A stretch of DNA of 14,886 bases, taken from NCBI GenBank assembly GCA_025058225.1, contig JANXEE010000022.1, positions 1 to 14,886 on the forward strand, given 5' to 3'. This document shows positions 1 through 6,203 of the stretch, one piece after another. The stretch is from Candidatus Calditenuaceae archaeon. Its GTDB lineage: Archaea; Thermoproteota; Nitrososphaeria_A; Caldarchaeales; Calditenuaceae. The notes below the pieces were generated by a model. The model worked only from the letters and a program-made list of their open reading frames with translations. It was not told where the DNA came from and ran no database searches. Both the position numbers and the translations under genes were made by a program. Position 1 is the stretch's first letter, and each line of letters starts with the position of its first letter.

Positions 1-419
1 ACGAGGAAGATCAGGAAGGACCCGAACTTGACCCTCTCCGCGAACGCACCCGCGATCAGCGCGGGCGTGATCACGGCGAACATCATCTGGTATATCGCAT
101 ACGTTGAGTGTGGCACGGTCGCGGCGTAGTCGGGGTTTGGATCAGGGCCGACACCGTTCAGGCCGAACCATTCCAGACCACCGATGAGACCGAATCGATC
201 AGGTCAGAAGGCCAGGCTGTATCCCCAGAGTATCCACACGATCGAGATGACGCCGACCGCGGCGAAGCACTGGAACAACGTCGATACGATGTTCTTCTTC
301 CTCGCCAGCCCCGCGTAGAAGAAACCGAGCCCAGGCGTCATTATCATCACCAGCGCTGTCGATATCAGCAGCCACGCGGTATCTCCCGTGTCGATTCCCA
401 CCGACATCGACCCCCACAT
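1..419 (-). pseudogene. amt: Ammonium transporter (Amt/AmtB family), N-terminal part. The frame is interrupted by an in-frame TGA at 204-206, and the gene runs off the left edge.
   Basis: Minus-strand translation from ATG 419 gives MWGSMSVGIDTGDTAWLLISTALVMIMTPGLGFFYAGLARKKNIVSTLFQCF...WILWGYSLAF, then TGA (204-206). I translated onward in the same frame and it continues PDRFGLIGGLEWFGLNGVGPDPNPDYAATVPHSTYAIYQMMFAVITPALIAGAFAERVKFGSFLIFL down to position 3. Both halves carry Amt hallmarks (TAW..STALV..MTPG..FFY.G..RKKN and YQMMFA.ITPALI.GAFAER.KF). A TATA-like TAAATAAG at 431-438 fits better with a leaderless start at the second ATG (407, MSVGIDTG...). The interruption could be a true nonsense mutation or a sequencing error. 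Confidence 0.8.
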
Positions 420-492
420 CCGCGACTTGTAAATAAGAATTCAGAAAGCCGACGATCAATTGTAGATCAAAGACCTGACTTTATGGATGAGA

Positions 493-504
493 TTTTTAAA
501 AATA
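493..504. promoter_or_regulatory. Perfect 12-bp palindromic TATA-like element ATTTTTAAAAAT in an AT-rich intergenic region
   Basis: Read directly: ATTTTTAAAAAT equals its own reverse complement. It lies about 75-85 nt upstream of the amt start on the minus strand. No plus-strand coding gene follows it. Function not established. Confidence 0.3.
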
Positions 505-633
505 GGTCAGAATTTTGAACATACATCGAAAAGCTTGAGCGAATTTGCTCCGTAAAAGGGCCTTTCCTTTGACGAACAGCCAGAGACTGACCTGACTGCC
601 CGGTCATTTAACGAGAAGATAGACGGCGAAGCC

Positions 634-677
634 TGTACTTGTGAAGTACAGTCTGAATCGGTGGCGCGGACGCCACG
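634..677 (-). terminator. Two tandem perfect hairpins just 3' of the HTH-protein gene (candidate terminator or structured RNA)
   Basis: Hairpin 1 is CTGTACTT-gtg-AAGTACAG (634-641 pairs with 645-652, 8 bp). Hairpin 2 is CGTGGCG-cgga-CGCCACG (660-666 pairs with 671-677, 7 bp). They start 9 nt after the TGA stop (686-688) of the minus-strand gene. T-rich runs flank them on both strands. Archaeal termination normally depends on T-tracts, so the role of the hairpins is uncertain. Confidence 0.35.
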
Positions 678-685
678 TCGTCGTT

Positions 686-1114
686 TCAGGTTTTGGTCTT
701 CGTGAGGCCGACCTTGTGACCGTACTGGGAGCTATGCCTTACGGCGCCGAGTACCTCCTCTGCGGTGGAGAGCATGAGAACCTTGTCGAGCTTCCGCACG
801 TAGATCGAAGCCCTCTTGACGCTGACGTTGAGCCTTTTCGAGAGCCGCGCCAGGTCGTAGCCGAGTGGGGTGTGGAACTCTGAGAGGTCTACAGTGGGCT
901 TCGGTGGCGAATAGTTCCTGACTTTGAAGTATGCCTCGAGCCATGCTGCCGCCTCCTCCCTAGATGCGACGTGCTTCTTGGGCCACCTCCTGAGCAGGTT
1001 CGACTTCTCGGGGACGAGCTCACACGCCAGCTCCGTCAAAGCCTCCCATGTACCTTCGTGGCGGGGTTCAGAGAGGAAGGCGCCGTCGGTCGCGCAGATG
1101 ATCAGCCTCGGCAT
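686..1114 (-). CDS. Hypothetical small protein (142 aa) with a C-terminal helix-turn-helix, a putative DNA-binding regulator
   Basis: Taken from the ORF 686..1162, with the start placed at the internal ATG 1114 (MPRLIICATDGAFLSEP...). A GGTGG Shine-Dalgarno-like motif lies about 8 nt upstream. The 16-aa extension from 1162 would run through the promoter palindrome. The C-terminal segment GYDLARLSKRLNVSVKRASIYVRKL resembles resolvase or regulator-type HTH motifs. I do not recognise the N-terminal domain. Confidence 0.55.
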   Translation of the reverse strand: MPRLIICATDGAFLSEPRHEGTWEALTELACELVPEKSNLLRRWPKKHVASREEAAAWLEAYFKVRNYSPPKPTVDLSEFHTPLGYDLARLSKRLNVSVKRASIYVRKLDKVLMLSTAEEVLGAVRHSSQYGHKVGLTKTKT

Positions 1115-1143
1115 CGTCGGACCACCTTCGTCTGCGTTGAAAA

Positions 1144-1159
1144 CGTTATCGTGATAACG
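1144..1159. promoter_or_regulatory. Perfect inverted repeat CGTTATC-gt-GATAACG, a candidate operator in a divergent promoter region
   Basis: 7-bp arms with a 2-bp spacer, checked base by base. It sits about 30-45 nt upstream of the HTH-protein ATG (1114, minus strand), overlapping the only AT-rich TATA-like stretch for that gene. It is about 105 nt upstream of the oxidoreductase ATG (1263, plus strand). Confidence 0.4.
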
Positions 1160-1229
1160 CATTTGAACGACTTATCCGCCGGAGGCTGCAGCAGACGCTG
1201 ACCCAGCGGCCTGAACTCTCTGAAAAAGA

Positions 1230-1237
1230 CTTTAATT
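1230..1237 (+). promoter_or_regulatory. TATA-like box CTTTAATT for the oxidoreductase/VKOR operon
   Basis: AT-rich octamer centred about 29-30 nt upstream of ATG 1263, consistent with a leaderless or near-leaderless archaeal transcript. Confidence 0.4.
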
Positions 1238-1262
1238 GCCGAGACCACTGGTGCGATCGGGA

Positions 1263-1853
1263 ATGGCTAGAAAGAGGCTCAAGAAGAGGACGGAATCCAG
1301 AGGGAGGGACCTGATCATCGCCTTCATCCCCGCTGCGATTCTCGTGGGCCTCTTGGTCTACCTCATCTCTCAGCCCGTGAGCCCAACCCTAACCACACAG
1401 CAGAGGACCATAACGCAAGGCGAGACGGTTCCGGACTTCACCGGAAAGGTCCTCACGCCTGATGGCCTGACGGACAGGAACTTCGCGCTCTCCGAGTACA
1501 AGGGATCCGTGATCTTCCTGGACTTCGTCTTCAGCTGGTGTCCGCACTGCAACAACATGGCCCCCAAAATCAAGAGTCTCTACGAGGAGTTCTCCACCAA
1601 GGGAGTTCGGTTCGTGACGATCGCTGGAAGCAGCCGCTCCTCTCCCGAGGCCTCGGCGAAGTTCCTTAAGGACCATGGCGTGACATGGACAGCGGTGTAC
1701 GACTCCGACATGGAAATCTTCCGTAAACTCGGCGTTCGCGGTACACCGACTTACGTCGTCGTTGCGAAGGACGGAAGAATCGTTACGAAATTGGAGGGAG
1801 AGCAGCCCTATGAGGTCCTCAAGTTCTACCTCCAGCAGGCCCTCGGCACCTAA
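1263..1853 (+). CDS. Membrane-anchored thioredoxin-fold thiol:disulfide oxidoreductase (TlpA/ResA/redoxin-like)
   Basis: WCPHC (CxxC) active site within FLDFVFSWCPHCNNMAPKI. A cis-Pro loop motif is present in GVRGTPTYVVVAKDGRIV. The N-terminus has a basic stretch MARKRLKKRTESRGR followed by one hydrophobic helix IIAFIPAAILVGLLVYLI, so the positive-inside rule predicts an extracytoplasmic Trx domain. ATG 1263 is preferred over the TTG at 1236 given in the ORF track. Confidence 0.85.
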   Translation: MARKRLKKRTESRGRDLIIAFIPAAILVGLLVYLISQPVSPTLTTQQRTITQGETVPDFTGKVLTPDGLTDRNFALSEYKGSVIFLDFVFSWCPHCNNMAPKIKSLYEEFSTKGVRFVTIAGSSRSSPEASAKFLKDHGVTWTAVYDSDMEIFRKLGVRGTPTYVVVAKDGRIVTKLEGEQPYEVLKFYLQQALGT

Positions 1854-1863
1854 CTTCGATCCC

Positions 1864-2274
1864 ATGGCGATAGCTTCGGCCATCGCCTCAGCAGCTGGTG
1901 TAGCAGTTAGCGTTTACCTCACTTTCCCAGAGCAGGTGACAGCAAGCCCGCTCTGCGACATCAGCGCTACGTTCTCATGCACCTCTGTCCTTTCGAGCCA
2001 GTACGCCGAGTTCCTCGGGGTACCAGTCGCCGTATATGGAGCAGCGTGGTTCTCAGTCTCGTTGTTTCTCTCAATCATAGCTACCTCACGCGAGCGGGCA
2101 GTGAAGTTCCTGTTCTTATGGTCGGTGTTGGGGATGCTGGGAGTCGGGGCCCTAGTCCTTGTGGAGGCGTTCCTCATAGGGAGCTTCTGCATCTACTGCA
2201 CGGTCGCACACGTGCTAGCTGCACTCGTCTTCGCGAACGCCTATCTGATCAGGTCTGAAGCAGGAACTGACTGA
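1864..2274 (+). CDS. Vitamin K epoxide reductase (VKOR) family membrane protein, a DsbB-like quinone-dependent thiol oxidase
   Basis: Translation from the internal ATG 1864 is MAIASAIASAAGVAVSVYLTF...PLCDISATFSCTSVLSSQYAEFLGVPVAVYG...GSFCIYCTVAHVLAAL. It has the loop cysteine pair C-x7-C, the conserved S..Y.....G.P segment, and the CxxC (CIYC) at the start of the last of about 4 hydrophobic helices. The gene starts 10 nt after the oxidoreductase stop. The upstream part of ORF 1762..2274 overlaps the preceding gene and is Ser/Arg-rich junk. Confidence 0.8.
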   Translation: MAIASAIASAAGVAVSVYLTFPEQVTASPLCDISATFSCTSVLSSQYAEFLGVPVAVYGAAWFSVSLFLSIIATSRERAVKFLFLWSVLGMLGVGALVLVEAFLIGSFCIYCTVAHVLAALVFANAYLIRSEAGTD

Positions 2275-2288
2275 GCCGGGTCGGTGCT

Positions 2289-2987
2289 TCACCTGCGCCT
2301 CTCCTCTGCGACGATTTGACCGTCCCTTATCCTGAGGACCCTCTCAACGTATTCCGTGACCTCTGGGTTGTGGGTGACCACCACCAAGGTCTTCCCCTGC
2401 TCGTTCAGCTCCTTGAAGATCTCCATCACCTGCTTCCCCGTAGCCGTATCCAAGTTCCCCGTGGGCTCGTCGGCTAGCAACAGTGAAGGGTCGTTCGCCA
2501 GAGCACGAGCTATGCTCACCCTCTGCTGCTCCCCCCCGCTCAGCTCAACGGCCTTGTGGTTGATCCGGTGACCCAGCCCCACTGTTTCGAGCAGCCTGAT
2601 AGCACGTTCCCTCCTCTTATCGAGGGGCACCTTATCGACGAAGGTCATAGAGAGCAGCACGTTGTCGAGGGCCGTCAACCTCGAAAGCAGGTTGTAGTTC
2701 TGAAAGACGAAGCCGATCTCCATCCCCCTTATCCTTGAGAGCTCGTTGTCGTCGAGCCTTGAGACGTCGGTGTTCCTGAACAGCAACTTGCCGGAGGTCG
2801 GTCTGTCGAGCAGCCCCATCAGGTTCAGGAGCGTGCTCTTACCGGAGCCACTGGGTCCCATGATAGCGATCGACTCTCCCCGACGAACCACCATGTTGAT
2901 GCCCCTCAGGGCATGGACCTTTAACCTGCGCTCATCGTAGACCTTGTGAACGTCTACCATTCTCAATACCTCGTTATCCTCTTCCAT
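2289..2987 (-). CDS. ABC transporter ATP-binding protein, MacB/LolD/FtsE-like subfamily
   Basis: Walker A GPSGSGKSTLLN, Q-loop region FVFQNYNLL, ABC signature LSGGEQQRVSIARAL, Walker B LLLADEPTGNLD, and H-loop VVVTHN. The N-terminal VLRMVDVHKVY matches the usual first beta-strand. The start ATG 2987 overlaps the upstream gene by 14 nt. Confidence 0.9.
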   Translation of the reverse strand: MEEDNEVLRMVDVHKVYDERRLKVHALRGINMVVRRGESIAIMGPSGSGKSTLLNLMGLLDRPTSGKLLFRNTDVSRLDDNELSRIRGMEIGFVFQNYNLLSRLTALDNVLLSMTFVDKVPLDKRRERAIRLLETVGLGHRINHKAVELSGGEQQRVSIARALANDPSLLLADEPTGNLDTATGKQVMEIFKELNEQGKTLVVVTHNPEVTEYVERVLRIRDGQIVAEERRR

Positions 2988-4953
2988 GCCTGCGGACCCT
3001 CCTTACGACGAGGACCGCTATCAGCACCGCTAACAGAATAACCGCACCAAACAGAAGGACCAGCTCCGATGACCGGATGGGCCTGTTCGCGACTGGCGAC
3101 GTGACAGTTTGAATGGGTGGAGGTATCGAGATCGACTCCAACCTGATCCTGTGCTCGAAGACTTCGCGATCTCCGAACCGGTCTTCGTAGAGCACCCTGA
3201 TGACTGCCTGACCGGATGACTTTCCGTCCCTCAGAGTGACGTCGATTGAGAACGACTTCTTCTCACCGGGTGCCACGTCACCTAAGAAGGCGTTGCTGGC
3301 GTTCAATACGTCCGAGCCGGACGCTTCCACCCAGACGTTCCTCACACCGACGTTGCCCTCGTTGAGGAGTTCTCCAGCGACCACGACAGTTCCCTCCGCG
3401 CCGAGCCCAGGGACGGCCTCGACGTTGAGAATTCTCAATCTCACGAGCCCTTTCAGTTGCAGTCCGATCTGCCTGACCTCTGAGAGCCTCCTGCCATAGA
3501 CGTCATCATAGGCGAGCGAAAGCGAGACTCCGTAGACACCTTCCTGGGCCCCTGGGGAGGTGGCCAACCTGAAGACCAGTTCCACTACGTCACCCGGGTT
3601 GAGGCTCGCGATCTGCTGCCTGTCGGTACCCCCCATAACCGCAATCGGAGGAGAGGTGGTGAGCGATGCCACGACGTTCCTCACAGACTTATCCGAAACG
3701 TTCCTGAGGAGGACCTTAAGGTCACCGGACTGTCCGATCCTTAGGACGCCTCCTACCACCGTGACCTGAAAGACGAGCTCTTCAGGCCTTGTCACGACAA
3801 GCCCCAAGGCCTCGCTGCGGACCCTCTTAAGCCCCGTTCTGTCGAAGTACTCTGAGGTCAAGCTGAGACTGTAGGCGCCCGATGGTGACCCGGGAGATAC
3901 GTACACCCTGATGACGTCCTGTAACTCGACGACCTCCCCGGCCCTCACCTCTTCAAGCCAGACAGTCGAAGGCGTGAGGACGACCAGCTGTGAGCCGGGC
4001 TGAGAAGAGATTGTCAGGAGGAGCTGATAGACCGTCTCTGTTCCGTAGTTAATCACGCGAAGCTTGAGCTGGTTGGTGGACCCGGCCACGAGCTCCCTCG
4101 GCACGACTTCAAAGGCCAGCCTGACGCTGCCCCTCAGGTCTACCTCGAAGGAATAGACGTAGGACCTTCTTGTCCCCCATTCCAGAGAATAGGTGAGGCT
4201 GAGGGTGACCTGAGACGATTGGGCTGCGGCCCTTGAGACCAACTCAAAGGTGAACGTGATGAGGGTCCCCGTCACCCGACCGAGCACGGACTTAGCGACT
4301 CTGGACCCTGCTGGCGTCTCCAGACTGGCAGGCAGTCTCAATTCGCCAACTACGTCTGCGATGGGCAGGGGCTCGGGAAGCCGCATGGAAACCACCAACC
4401 TGCCTACAGATCCCAATTCAGGAGGTTGACCGCCGGACCATGAGAACTCGATCAGCTCCGGCCTCCCAGGGGCCTCCGTCAGGTAAACCTCTACGTAATC
4501 AAACTTCGACTCGGACTCGACTTCGCCGCGCTGGTTCAAGCGCTGGTAACTCAGTAAGACGTTGAACGTGTAACGACCCGGCCTCGCATCGGGGTCAACG
4601 TTCACCTCGAAGGTCAGATAGGCTATCTCGCCTTGTCTGAGGGGCGCAGGGTTGTATGCAGAGATTCTAGAACCGCCGTCGGCAGACTTGATGGGCACTC
4701 GTTCGAGCAGAAGCTCCCCAAAGAGGAAGAGCAGTGTATCCTTCTTCGTGTTGGCAATGACCAGTGTGAGAGGGATAGACCTGTCGCCCGGACCGGCGTC
4801 CACCTTCAAGCCCGGCCTGCCCCAGAAGGCGTCGATCACCGAGACCGAGTCGGTCGGCGGGGGAAGATTGGCCAGCGACGGAACCGTAAGAAGGAAGGAA
4901 TGCACAAACACCGAGCACGCGAGAACAGAAGCGACCAGGAAACTGAGCCTCAA
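2974..4953 (-). CDS. Large secreted, C-terminally membrane-anchored surface protein with tandem beta-sandwich (CARDB/NEW3/COG1361 S-layer-like) repeats
   Basis: N-terminal Sec-type signal MRLSFLVASVLACSVFVHSFLLTVPSLA. The C-terminus has a Pro/Thr linker, one TM helix (LVLLFGAVILLAVLIAVLVV) and a basic tail (RRVRRHGRG). About 5-6 recurring modules of roughly 100 aa end in related motifs: PGRYTFNVLLSYQ, PSGAYSLSLTSEYFDRTG, EGVYGVSLSLAYDDVYG and QAVIRVLYEDRFG. The start is a TTG at 4953, preceded by GGGAG about 7 nt upstream. Family assignment is by pattern only. Confidence 0.6.
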   Translation of the reverse strand: MRLSFLVASVLACSVFVHSFLLTVPSLANLPPPTDSVSVIDAFWGRPGLKVDAGPGDRSIPLTLVIANTKKDTLLFLFGELLLERVPIKSADGGSRISAYNPAPLRQGEIAYLTFEVNVDPDARPGRYTFNVLLSYQRLNQRGEVESESKFDYVEVYLTEAPGRPELIEFSWSGGQPPELGSVGRLVVSMRLPEPLPIADVVGELRLPASLETPAGSRVAKSVLGRVTGTLITFTFELVSRAAAQSSQVTLSLTYSLEWGTRRSYVYSFEVDLRGSVRLAFEVVPRELVAGSTNQLKLRVINYGTETVYQLLLTISSQPGSQLVVLTPSTVWLEEVRAGEVVELQDVIRVYVSPGSPSGAYSLSLTSEYFDRTGLKRVRSEALGLVVTRPEELVFQVTVVGGVLRIGQSGDLKVLLRNVSDKSVRNVVASLTTSPPIAVMGGTDRQQIASLNPGDVVELVFRLATSPGAQEGVYGVSLSLAYDDVYGRRLSEVRQIGLQLKGLVRLRILNVEAVPGLGAEGTVVVAGELLNEGNVGVRNVWVEASGSDVLNASNAFLGDVAPGEKKSFSIDVTLRDGKSSGQAVIRVLYEDRFGDREVFEHRIRLESISIPPPIQTVTSPVANRPIRSSELVLLFGAVILLAVLIAVLVVRRVRRHGRG

Positions 4954-4983
4954 TTTTCGACTCCCTCAGGAGAGGATGAGGTG

Positions 4984-5703
4984 TTAGACGTCGGAGTCCC
5001 ACTCCTCAACGAAAACCACCTTCGAGACCCCCTTAACGTGCTCGAGTATTTCCTTCGCGACCGTTCTCTTGATGAGCTGTATACCGGAGATCAGGTATAC
5101 CTCTCTGGGGAGCTTGACAACCAGCTTCCCGTCCTCGACGCGGACTTCGGTGTTACTCCGGTTCACCTCCGGAATACGCGAGTGAAGCAGGGCGTAGACC
5201 TTCTCCAGGTCATCGGTTATCACGCGTCTTACGCGGAGGTCGCAGATCAGCGTCTTCCCCGCTAGGTGATGATTGAAGTCCACCTGTACCCTGCCCGAAG
5301 AGATACTCCTCACGACGCAATCCTTTCCATCGATGACGAGCCGTGTACCCACCGTGATCGGTTGATCGACGTCCTTCAGCCTCCTCAGCGGAATCACCTT
5401 CACCTTGTTAGGATCCCTCTGCCCGAAGGCCTTCTCAGGTGGAATCTCGAAGGTCTTGATCTCTTCCTCACGCATCCCCAGCATCTCCTCCTCTACGGCC
5501 CTGAGCAGCATTCCCTTACCGACTACGGTCAGGCGGGGCTCGAAGAGGCCGGCGGACGTCTCGACACCCGCGCCCCTCGCCACCTCCTCAACGGTCGTGT
5601 CGACGAGCTCGCCCGTCTCCTTAACCTTCAAGGTGTAGTCGACCTCGACGAAGCTACCCTGCTCCACGGTCTTACCCGCGCCCTCGGCCTGCGGCTCAGC
5701 CAT
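4984..5703 (-). CDS. Long-type archaeal FKBP peptidyl-prolyl cis-trans isomerase/chaperone (FKBP plus IF insert plus C-terminal domain)
   Basis: GSFVEVDYTLKVKETGELVDTT, PPEKAFGQRDP and VDFNHHLAGKTLICDLRV match the SlyD/archaeal FKBP core. An extra domain of about 90 aa at the C-terminus matches the 26-30 kDa archaeal long-type FKBPs. The first codon in the ORF track (5706) is GTG, and ATG at 5703 is the likelier start. Confidence 0.85.
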   Translation of the reverse strand: MAEPQAEGAGKTVEQGSFVEVDYTLKVKETGELVDTTVEEVARGAGVETSAGLFEPRLTVVGKGMLLRAVEEEMLGMREEEIKTFEIPPEKAFGQRDPNKVKVIPLRRLKDVDQPITVGTRLVIDGKDCVVRSISSGRVQVDFNHHLAGKTLICDLRVRRVITDDLEKVYALLHSRIPEVNRSNTEVRVEDGKLVVKLPREVYLISGIQLIKRTVAKEILEHVKGVSKVVFVEEWDSDV

Positions 5704-5726
5704 CACACAACTGGTCCCATCACGTC

Positions 5727-5737
5727 AATAAAAATTA
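5727..5737 (-). promoter_or_regulatory. TATA box for the FKBP gene (TAATTTTTATT on the minus strand)
   Basis: A strongly AT-rich 11-mer ending about 22 nt upstream of ATG 5703 on the minus strand, which is leaderless-type spacing. Confidence 0.5.
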
Positions 5738-5888
5738 GTAGAGGAGTGAAACTCAACGTGATGTTACGCCTAGTTGAGGTTTTCCACGGCCTGAATCCCT
5801 ATGGTGCGCGACACGGAACTCACTTCATAGTCCCAACGAAACTCAGCAGGAATCGTTAATACGGGAGCGAATCCGCTGACCTTGAGAG

Positions 5889-6197
5889 ATGAAGGAGACC
5901 GTTGAGGTCGTGAAGGGGGTTGAGGAGGAGCTCGACCGATTGGAGGCCAGAGTCGAGGACTTCACCAGACAACTGGAGGGACGGATCGCCAAACGAATTG
6001 AGGAGCTGAGGAGCAGGGTGAGGACGCTCGTGGAGGAGGAGCGGAGGAGGATGACCGCAGAGCTGGAGGAGCAGCTCAGGGCCTTTTCAGCCGACGTGAC
6101 GGTCAAGTACGCCAAGAAAATCGAAGACCTCAGGCGGAGGTTCTCGGAGAACGAAGCCGAGATAACGAAGGCCCTCGTCAAAGCGATACTCGGCTGA
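5889..6197 (+). CDS. atpH: A-type (A1AO/V-type) ATP synthase peripheral-stalk subunit H (V-ATPase G-like coiled-coil protein)
   Basis: 102 aa, almost entirely a charged E/R/K/L heptad coiled coil, ending ...EAEITKALVKAILG as archaeal AtpH proteins do. It lies 6 nt upstream of an atpC-like gene. The call rests on size, composition and context. Confidence 0.6.
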   Translation: MKETVEVVKGVEEELDRLEARVEDFTRQLEGRIAKRIEELRSRVRTLVEEERRRMTAELEEQLRAFSADVTVKYAKKIEDLRRRFSENEAEITKALVKAILG

Positions 6198-6203
6198 AGG
6201 GCC

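Noticed and set aside
204-206. TGA reassigned as a sense codon (for example Gly or Trp genetic codes) or encoding selenocysteine, as an explanation for the in-frame stop in amt
   Set aside because: TGA terminates at least eight well-supported genes here at the expected protein ends. These are the HTH protein (686), VKOR (2272), ABC ATPase (2289), atpH (6195), DUF169 (10924), the tRNA-binding protein (10995), SMC-like (13226) and kleisin-like (13975). Sec at a conserved structural Gly of a transporter is implausible, and I saw no SECIS-like context.
108-518. ORFs 108..518 (plus strand) and 199..459 (minus strand) overlapping the amt locus
   Set aside because: Their translations are R/D/P/H-rich with no recognisable motifs. 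The third frame gives a textbook Amt sequence, so these are shadow ORFs of a GC-rich gene.
468-608. 46-codon minus-strand ORF (MTGQSGQSLAVRQRKGPFTEQIRSSF...) inside the AT-rich gap
   Set aside because: It is short and low in complexity. Its QSGQS stretch is just the translated GACCTGAC repeats. There is no SD or TATA at suitable spacing, so it is most likely non-coding.
1762-1863. Upstream extension of the VKOR ORF (start at 1762), overlapping the end of the oxidoreductase gene by about 90 nt
   Set aside because: The extension translates to Ser/Arg-rich sequence (MRRTEESLRNWRESSPMRSSSSTSSRPS). The VKOR homology begins at the ATG at 1864, just after the upstream stop.
5757-5795. Possible C/D box sRNA (GTGATGT at 5758-5764, CTGA at 5791-5794) in the FKBP/atpH divergent region
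   Set aside because: The C box is imperfect and the C-to-D spacing (26 nt) does not fit the usual 12-nt guide layout. I found no C'/D' pair or terminal stem on either strand.
4633-5859. Long plus-strand ORFs 4633..5265 (210 aa) and 5266..5859 (197 aa)
   Set aside because: They are antisense to the surface-protein and FKBP genes, and the first crosses a gene boundary. Their composition is R/G/H/P-rich with no motifs, which is typical of antisense frames in GC-rich genes.
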